Below are positions 40,155 through 48,954 of a DNA stretch of 48,954 nucleotides, one piece after another (position 1 is the stretch's first letter; every line of letters starts with the position of its first letter). Source of the stretch: Eledone cirrhosa (lineage: Eukaryota); contig CAXHJY010000002.1 of the NCBI GenBank assembly GCA_964016885.1, positions 1 through 48,954 on the forward strand. Reading direction: 5' to 3'. The notes under the pieces were generated by a model. The model saw nothing but the letters and a program-made list of their open reading frames with translations, did not search any database and was not told the origin of the DNA. The position numbers and the translations under genes were made by a program.

Positions 40155-40244
40155 CGTAAAAACAGAAGATGGCTTTATTACACACCAACCACCGACACTG
40201 ACACCCATTGAGGTTGTTGTTAATTGGTTGAGAAACATCGTCAG
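40155..40244 (-). CDS. GRL-C exon 3 (LTMFLNQLTTTSMGVSVGGWCVIKPSSVFT)
   Basis: tttcttccctatttctcttcacag| 90 nt |gtaaat, phase 0. Confidence 0.92.
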
Positions 40245-40284
40245 CTGTGAAGAGAAATAGGGAAGAAATAGATAAATTTAATAT

Positions 40285-40871
40285 TAATAACTACAATATC
40301 ACACTACAATATTTTGTACGTGGTTAGTTAATAACTACAATATCACACTACAATATTTTGTACGTGGTCAGTTAATAACTACAATATCACACTACAGTAT
40401 TTTGTACCTGGTCGATTAACTGGTAACTACAATATCACACTGCGGTATTTTGTACCTGGTTAGTTAATAACTACAATATCACACTACAGTATTTTGTACC
40501 TGGTCAATTAACTGGTAACTACAATATCACACTACAATATTTTGTACCTGGTCGATTAACTGGTAACTACAATATCACACTGCGGTATTTTGTACCTGGT
40601 CAGTTAATAACTACAATATCACACTACAATATTTTGTACCTGGTTAGTTAATAACTACAATATCACACTGCGGTATTTTGTACCTGGTCAGTTAATAACT
40701 ACAATATCACACTACAATATTTTGTACCTGGTTAGTTAATAACTACAATATCACACTACAGTATTTTGTACCTGGTCAATTAACTGGTAACTACAATATC
40801 ACACTGCGGTATTTTGTACCTGGTTAGTTAATAAATACAATATCACACTGCGGTATTTTGTACCTGGTCAA
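40285..40871. repeat. 44/48-bp minisatellite, ~13 units
   Basis: Unit ataactacaatatcacactacaatattttgtacctggttagtta, with a 4-nt longer variant. Confidence 0.96.
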
Positions 40872-41045
40872 TAAAAATAAAAGTTACTTAAGATGTGTGC
40901 AACATGTTATATCTGTTTATCTGTTTATGGAAACCTATGAGCAATACATGGCTGCATGCTGCAGCTACACCATTTTATTTACATAATGGATTGAATTTAT
41001 GACTGATCTCCCGAAGATGTTTATTCTAATCCATCTCGTACTTAC

Positions 41046-41114
41046 CTTAAGGTTTGTTTCGTTTGTCAAACCTTCAAAATTTGTATCGTACAGGTATTCA
41101 ACAACACCGTGGAT
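41046..41114 (-). CDS. GRL-C exon 2 (IHGVVEYLYDTNFEGLTNETNLK)
   Basis: tatgtatcatag| 69 nt |gtaagt, phase 0. Confidence 0.9.
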
Positions 41115-41257
41115 CTATGATACATAAATAAGTTGAAATATTATATATTTCATAGGAAATATTTAGCATAATATCATGGATACGTAGCTTAGTGGTTAGG
41201 GTATTGAGTTCGACTCTTAGACCGGGCCATGTGTTATGTCCATCAGCAAACCATTTT

Positions 41258-41448
41258 AATAACATTATTTCAGTCGTATTGCACCTTAAATATGTCAATA
41301 CAATTACAGGATAAAAACTATGATTTGTAGAGCTTATTTATTTAAAGTATATCAAGGTGTAATTATATTAAAAGTAAGCATTGCAAGCAAAAATACATTT
41401 TAAAAGAAAAAATATAATTTTACCTAAACAATTTTACCTATATTTTTG

Positions 41449-41482
<34 letters not shown>

Positions 41483-41981
41483 AATGTATGTATAGTATAT
41501 TTGGCAATGTACTGTATGTTTAATTAAAAACATTTAGAAGACTATTCGCTATGAGTTTTAAAGTAGTGACTGTATCACTTAATTATTCTCAGAAAAAACA
41601 ACAGAGAGCGACCGACAGGCAGTCTGTTTCTCGCTTGTGAGTGTTTATCAAGACCACACACTCAGTTGCCTTTGCCGAGAATTATAGAGGCTGGATTCTT
41701 ATAGTATTCCAGTAATAATCAGGAGCTGATTATACAGAGCGATTGCAGGTCCAGCAAAAATTAGGTATTAGTAGTGGTCTTGATAAACGCTCACAAGCGA
41801 GAAACAGACTGTCTGTTGGCCACTCTCTCTTGTTATTTGCCGAGAATAAGTAAGTGACATAGTCACTACTTTAAAACTCATAGCGAATGGTCTTCTAGAT
41901 GTTTTTAATTAAACATACAGTACATTGCCAAATATACTATACATACATTCATGTATACATCGCTGTTTCAGAGCACCAATC

Positions 41982-42044
<63 letters not shown>

Positions 42045-42387
42045 ATGTATGTAAAAGGTAAACAGAAATAACAACACAATCAGTACAGTTTATGGAAGGA
42101 ATATATTAGGTTAACGCTTGAAATAGCAGGAAGAGGGTCTTAACGTTTCGGACGCTAGTTCTTTATCAGAAGAAAGAATGAGAAATAAGATAGATTGAGA
42201 GCGGGTTGGAATTGGAAAAAATGTCTTTAGATAAAAATAACATATATATATATTTATTATAAGAACAGATTAAAGTTTAAGCAAAGAATCGTTGCTTTCA
42301 CCCTTTTAAGCTCTAAAAAATATAGTTTTTATCCTGTAACTGTATTGATCTATTTAAGGTGCAATATGGCTGAAATAATGTTATTTT
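41258..42387. repeat. Nested inverted repeats in GRL-C intron 1 (outer ~41258-41336/42307-42385; inner ~41483-41657/41774-41949)
   Basis: Reverse-complement matches read directly. The inner arms carry hammerhead motifs. Confidence 0.88.
41773..41824 (+). ncRNA. Hammerhead motif with a U3:A8 core (diverged inverted copy at 41608-41657, minus strand)
   Basis: agtggtc-TTGATAA-a-cgct(caca)agcg-a-GAAA-caga(ctg)tctg-TT-ggccact. All three stems pair. Confidence 0.68.
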
Positions 42388-42418
42388 AGTCTCTCTCTCT
42401 CTCTCTCTCTCTCCTCTC

Positions 42419-42486
<68 letters not shown>

Positions 42487-42494
42487 ACCCTCTC

Positions 42495-42532
<38 letters not shown>

Positions 42533-42635
42533 AAAGTTCTATTTAAAATTGTTGGGATACAATTGTTGGTATCCCTGAAATATGTATAATGAAATAGATA
42601 TGGTTTTATAAATATAGTTTCCATTTATTAATATC

Positions 42636-42675
<40 letters not shown>

Positions 42676-42960
42676 GCACATAATTATAGTTATATCATTT
42701 CAGATTATATAATAATTTTGTTTAAATCTCATTAATTATTCCGTTAATATAATTATTTTCTTTGATCAAAATAGAAAATTAACCACAGTGCATTAAATAT
42801 AAATAGTCTTTGCATTAAGAATTTAGGGGGGTGCGGGCGCTTTTTCATCATGTAATGTGGGCTGTTTAGGAAATGATTAAATAAAAATTAAATAAATGGT
42901 TGAATAAAATGGTGTCCCCCTTAAAAAGTCAATATTGCAGAGTCAATATTTCTCCTTCAC

Positions 42961-43270
42961 TTTAGTGGTTAGACCGTTGGCTTGTAATCATGAGGCTGTG
43001 AGTTCGATTCTCGGACAGTTGATGCATTGTGTCCTTGAGAAGTCACTTTATTTCACGTTGCTCCAGATTACGCACTTGTAGAGATGAGTTGTGACGTCAC
43101 TGGTACCATGTTGTATCGGCCTTTCTCTTTCCCTTGGAGTACATTGGTGGCGTGGAGAGGGGAGACTACTATGCATGGGCAACTACTGGTATCCATAAAT
43201 AACCTTGCTCGGACTTGTGCCTCGTAGGGGAACTTTCTCGGCACAAATCCCATGGACATTTGTGACCGAG
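42961..43270 (+). mobile_element. SINE family 2
   Basis: tagtggttag...gagttcgattc...gtccttgagaag...tttatttcacgttgctccag. Confidence 0.75.
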
Positions 43271-43406
43271 GGGGGGGGGGGCGTGAGGGTATTTATCCTT
43301 TACATTTTAAAAGAATGTAATGGCTTTACTTCCGGTAAAAACAATGCTGGTTATTATCTTTTATAGATTATTTACAGAAGAATTATAGAAATGTTCTAAT
43401 ACTTAC

Positions 43407-44420
43407 ATTTTCATGTAGAGCCAATCCTTTATAAATTATTATACTGCATACCAGTAACGTTACTGGTAGTAAAATATATATACATACTAGTTCTGCTTCG
43501 AAAAAACCAGGATTAAAAAATACATATAAACAGGCACATATGCTTAGGATCATATTCATCATAATTGCAGCTATGTTATACTGTATAGTTGGGTTTGCAT
43601 GTTCCAATAAACTGCACATTTCCTCATGTTTAGTACAATAATACATAATCATTTCGTTTCGGTACATGCACTCAGCATTGAATTGTTTATTTGCCTCTGT
43701 ATTGAAAACTTCGTGGAATTTGTCTTTCAAAACGTCAAATTCTATAGTCAGATATTGAATTAAGAACCAACTAAAGTCGTATTGGTTTAAAATTTGCAAA
43801 ATAACCAATATGGATGTGAAGCAGTTGAAACAAAGTAACAAAGAAACAAAATCATTATTAGTATGAAGAGGGTAAAAAAATAGCTCGAAAATGTTATATT
43901 GATTGCCCCAAAATAATGGTAAAATAAGTGTCACAAGTGGAAAAATTACAGATATTAGCATAAGTTCGAATATATATTGAATCTTCTTGATTTTTATCAA
44001 ACTGGCCAGCTTAGCATCACAATTATCACACACACACAAAATTGTATGGTTCATAAAATTTTGTTTGACTTCGTTATATTGTTTGTTTCTATTAAATATT
44101 AAGATAGAAGTGAACCAATAGTAAAATTTCCATTGCATCACCATCAAAACAGCCACTGATTTGTTTGATTTCTTATTTGTTAATGCATGCAAAAAAAATA
44201 GGGCAGAACGCACGAAGTCAGCAAGCATGCAAATGAGACTCATCCAGTACAAAATACACTTGCACCTTTTTGTGTGACTTAATGTGGACCAAGCAAATAA
44301 TGAAGTTCTCACATTGAAGTTGGCTATGTTAAATCTCTCCCAAAATTTAAATATATCACTCAGCCTATTTCCAACGATATTCTCTCTAACTGCACCGAAA
44401 TTCTTATGATTGTCTGTCAT
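43407..44420 (-). CDS. GRL-C exon 1 (338 aa, TM1-TM6); spliced protein 411 aa
   Basis: ATG at 44420 (MTDNHKN). Multiple TM segments and the motif KHEEMCSLLEHAN. Ends GLALHEN|gtaagt at phase 0, the same position as in GRL-A/B. Confidence 0.9.
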
Positions 44421-44581
44421 ATTTATTTCAAATCTGCCAAAATAATACAAAAGGAACAGATATATAGATATGATTTATCAGAAAAATTACCGTTTTAAGC
44501 ATTTAAAATTGTCATATTAAAAGCGAACATTCTTGACGTGTGGAATAAACCAAAATTATGTTTATATATATATATATATAT

Positions 44582-44890
44582 AGGGAGGGAGGGGCATGTA
44601 CCTCTGTAGGGGGGGGGGCAGCTTTTCAGGACAGCTCGTACTGCATTGGGTCCCACTGAGACTCAGCTCTCACCTGCGGCCACACCCTGGTAAACCGCAT
44701 TGGCTGGCGGGCCGAACCAGGTTGAGGGTAGCCGGACGAGTCTGAATCCCCCCCCCCCCCCCCAGGTGAGTTAGATAGGCGATACCTGCCCCTGCATGCG
44801 AAGACTGGACCCGGCGGAGTGAGTGGTGGAGGACAACATCGTCCCAACGGTCACTACGGCGGCGACAGCAAAACGGTGTGGAGCGCTATA
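44582..44890 (+). mobile_element. GC-rich fragment resembling a non-LTR retrotransposon 5' UTR
   Basis: Abrupt GC-rich block after (TA)n with a long imperfect stem-loop (~44666-44730). Family not established. Confidence 0.35.
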
Positions 44891-44934
44891 TTTTCCTATT
44901 CTTTTTTTCTTTTTTATTATTGTTGTCAATTACA

Positions 44935-45150
44935 GGGCGGTGGGTTGGCAGTATCGGTAGAGGTTCGGACGCCATGCTTTGCAGCAAAGAGTTACGGCCC
45001 TTTATGATCTGAGTTCAAATCGCGCCAAGGTTAACTTTGCCTTTCATCCTCATGCGGTCGATAAAATAAAGTACCAGTCACGCACTGGGGTCGATTTAAT
45101 TGACTTTCCCCTCCCCCAAAATTGCAGGCCTTGTGCCTAAAGTAGAAACC
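44935..45150 (+). mobile_element. SINE family 1 (longer variant)
   Basis: Matches the family consensus, with an extra 'ggggtcgatttaattgact' segment. Confidence 0.85.
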
Positions 45151-45169
45151 GTTATTGTTGTCATTTACT

Positions 45170-45650
45170 AACATATAGAAACGTACATAAAAAAAACTCA
45201 TCTCAAGAATAATCTCTAAAAATATTGGTCCACATACCACCAGCATAACATCTAATATCAAACACAACACTGTAACTACATCACAACCAGCCGGTCGACA
45301 CTCTACAACACACCAACAAAACGTAAATAGACCAACATCCCAGCCTGATTCAAGCCATATATCAGACTGTAACTTAGTGGCTTTCCTGTGTAGTGGTTCT
45401 AAGTGTATATTGCCACCTACCAGATAAATGCCCACTACAGAACAAATACCTTGAATCCAATTTAGTGTATCTATGTACCATAAAATAGAGTGACCAGGAA
45501 CGGAACGGTACTACATATGTTCTACAGCAAAAGAATTCAAGAAACGCTGGTATGTACATAGGCACTCGATTAAAAAGTGCAAACTCAAAAACACAATGAC
45601 TCTGGCCAATAAAGTCTGGCAGCTTGCGGATAAGAAACAAGAATACCAAA
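45170..45650 (+). pseudogene. Degenerate PLE GIY-YIG endonuclease fragment
   Basis: Frameshifted translation gives DKCPLQNKYLESNLVYLCTIK ... YICSTAKEFKKRWYVHRHS. Confidence 0.65.
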
Positions 45651-45651
45651 T

Positions 45652-46165
45652 AGTGGGGGGCTTACAATAAGCTCGAGCAAAAGTGCACTATGTCAAGACT
45701 AATTTAACAATGAAGATATAAAAAATATATAAAATAAATTATGCATAAATATAACAAAATAAATTCCTCAATAGGTAACTCAGGTACCCCACCAATCCTG
45801 AACTACCCTGCGCTTCTAGTGCACCCGGAGATAGCACCCCTCTCCTCATCAAATTAGCCAACCTATAGGCGCATGGTCAGAGGAGGCCAACTTACATGGG
45901 GCATTCTCGCCATATTCACCCACCTTTCAGCACTTCTCTCTCCACCCTCACCTTCCTTTCCAGGTGAAACTTGAAGAAGTTGATGAGGGATTGGCCGAAG
46001 AGAAAAGTGTCTGTCTTCAGTCCTTTCAAGCTGGTCCACCATACAACCTCTTTCGCTACTGCCACCAGACAGGAAAATTGCCTGTCCTTCCTGGTCAAAG
46101 GAAAGCGGCGGGTCGATCTTCACTATGGACTGGGCCGATAGCCGGATCCATTCTACACGCGACAA
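45652..46165 (-). mobile_element. 5'-truncated copy of the Tx1/L1-type LINE (3' end)
   Basis: Diverged reverse complement of ~23700-24260. Confidence 0.88.
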
Positions 46166-46341
46166 TAGCAATATAATGACAACAACAGTAATAATAAATA
46201 ATCTTATTAACAGTGGATAATTTAATTGACTCCCTATCAAGTTTTGTAACCCAGACAATAATTTCCACAGGATATTGGCTATCAAAAGAGTTGCTTTCTG
46301 TAATTAATAATAGAATCCTAGAGTAAGAAAATGGACAAAAT

Positions 46342-46711
46342 AATTGTTTCTACTTTTGGCACAAGGCCAGCAATTACCCAGTACATTACTGGTACTTTAT
46401 TTTATAGACCCCCGTAAGGATGAAAGGCAAAGTTAACCTCGGCGGGATTTGAACTCAGAATGGCAAATCTTAACTATAATAAAGGAAGGTCTGCGGGATT
46501 GCGTCCAGAATATATTTTTTACCCCGTTTGTAAAATATGTTGGATTACTTTGAATAAATAATTGTTTCTACTTTTGGCACAAGGCCAGCAATTATCCCAG
46601 TGCATTACTGGTACTTTATTTTATCGACCCCGAAAGGCAAAGTGAACCTCGGCGTGATTTGAACTCAGACCGTAAAGGGACGTAACTATGCTGGAAAGCA
46701 TGGCGTTCGAC
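46342..46711 (-). mobile_element. Two partial SINE family 1 copies (46342-46465, 46560-46711)
   Basis: Match the family consensus. Confidence 0.85.
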
Positions 46712-46747
46712 TCAATAATGATATATAAGCTAGTTTCGAGAAACAGC

Positions 46748-46763
46748 CTGTGGTAACGATGTT

Positions 46764-46832
<69 letters not shown>

Positions 46833-46844
46833 TGGCAACGATGT

Positions 46845-46889
<45 letters not shown>

Positions 46890-47018
46890 GGCAACGCTGT
46901 TAGGGGAGAGAGAGAGACAATGGCAAGGTTGTTAAGAGAGAGAGAGAGAGAGATAGAGAGAGACAATGGCAAGGTTGTTAAGAGAGAGAGAGATAGAGAG
47001 AGACTGTGGCAAGGTTGT

Positions 47019-47071
<53 letters not shown>

Positions 47072-47245
47072 ATAGGTTGAGAGAGACTATGGCAACAATG
47101 TTAGGAGAGAGAGAGAGAGACTGTGGCAACGCTGTTAGGGGAGAGAGAGAGACAATGGCAAGGTTGTTGAGAGAGAGAGAGAGAGAGAGAGATAGAGAGA
47201 CTGTGGCAAGGTTGTTAGGAGAGAGAGAGAGAGAGAGAAGAGAGA
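46748..47245. repeat. Compound (GA)n array punctuated by a recurrent 'ctgtggcaaggttgttag'-like motif
   Basis: About 11 variants of the motif, separated by GA runs of variable length. Confidence 0.9.
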
Positions 47246-47534
47246 AGTATAATTCTGAGTTTATATACCTTTGTTCGATGGCAAGGTTCAGTGGACTGTC
47301 AAGGAGGTCGGTACGACTAATATGTGCGTTGTAAAGAAAGATACTTATAACTACACACACATACACACTCACACACTCACACTCTCCCTCTTCAAGTACA
47401 TACACGCAAGCACAACACACAAGCACTCACACACACACATATATATATATAAATAGATAATATATATATACACATAATATATATACATATAATAACATAT
47501 ATATATATAAAAACATATAAACCTAACTTTATCG

Positions 47535-47576
<42 letters not shown>

Positions 47577-47761
47577 TCTCACTATATATATATATATACA
47601 CGGATACCCCCCCCCCCACTCTCAAGCGTTAAACTAATAATGATAACATTTGTACTGTACTGCCTCTTCGATTATCTGTTTTTTGTTCTCTGTTTACTTA
47701 AATAAAAATATATATATTGTGAAAAGTGGAATGGGTACAAAACAGAGAGGCAGTACGAACA

Positions 47762-47767
<6 letters not shown>

Positions 47768-47792
<25 letters not shown>

Positions 47793-48109
47793 TATATATA
47801 TAAAATATATATATTATATATATATATATATATAAAATATATATATTATACTCATTTACCTGTTTCAGTCATCCGGCTGAGGCCATGCTGGGGCACCGCC
47901 CTTATAATATATATATTATATATATATATAATATATATACAAAAAATATATTATATATATATATATTATATATATATTATATAATATATACATATATTAT
48001 ATATATAAATATATTATATATATATATATATTATATATATATATATATAATATATAAATATATTATATATATATATATTATATATATAATATATATAAAA
48101 AAAATATAT

Positions 48110-48143
<34 letters not shown>

Positions 48144-48239
48144 ATATATAATTATATAAATATATTATATATATATATATTATATATATATATATAAAAA
48201 AAAATATTATATATATATATATTATATATATATATATAT

Positions 48240-48270
<31 letters not shown>

Positions 48271-48328
48271 TATATTATATATATATATATATAATATATA
48301 AATATATTATATATATATATATAATATA

Positions 48329-48372
<44 letters not shown>

Positions 48373-48954
48373 ATAGAATATATACATATATTATATATAT
48401 ATATATATAATATATAAATATATTATATATATATATATAATATAAATATATTATATATATATATATAATATATATATATTATATATATATATAGAATATA
48501 TACATATATTATATATATATATATATAATATATAAATATATTATATATATATATATAATATATATATATATAATATATATATATATATATAATATATATA
48601 TATATAATATTTTTATATATATATTATATATAATATATATATATATATTATATATAATATATATATTATATATATATATAATATATATATATAATATATA
48701 TATATAATATATATATATTATATATAATATATATATATATTATATATATACAATATATTATATAATATATATATATATATTATATATATATATATATAAT
48801 ATATATATATATAATATATATATATTATATATATATATACTATATATATATTATATATATATATTATATATATATATATATTATATATACATATATATAT
48901 ATACTATATATATAATATATATATAATATATATATATTATATATATATATATAC
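47768..48954. repeat. Degenerate (TA)n field with a short SINE/LINE-like scrap at ~47850-47903
   Basis: Near-continuous TA repeats. Confidence 0.95.

Noticed and set aside
44640-44740. HDV-like ribozyme in the GC-rich block
   Set aside because: By eye only a long stem-loop could be paired, not the nested double pseudoknot. An RNArobo/Infernal search would be needed.

Overview
This is AT-rich, microsatellite-dense animal DNA. Its SINE families and (TA)n/(CA)n/(GA)n load suggest an octopod cephalopod (inference). The ORF track misses the main host content: a minus-strand cluster of spliced gustatory-receptor-like genes (GRL, insect GR/OR 7TM ion-channel superfamily). GRL-C can be assembled completely from four exons (43407-44420, 41046-41114, 40155-40244, 37805-37867; 411 aa) with three phase-0 introns and a TYhhhhhQ motif. 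GRL-A has exons 1-3 (17435-18478, 14011-14079, 12175-12264), but no intact last exon was found in the window. A SINE-mediated ~10-11 kb tandem duplication copied only the long first exon of GRL-A (copy B, 28795-29838; 16 aa differences; donor intact). This gives a potential locus with alternative first exons and a shared C-terminus. Mobile DNA includes an apparently intact Penelope-like element (RT + GIY-YIG, pseudo-LTRs carrying hammerhead ribozymes), other PLE fragments, hammerhead-bearing palindromes in (TA)n tracts, Tx1/L1-like LINE remnants, a non-autonomous Helitron, a probable solo LTR, many tRNA-derived SINEs and minisatellites. All annotation was done by eye; no searches were run.
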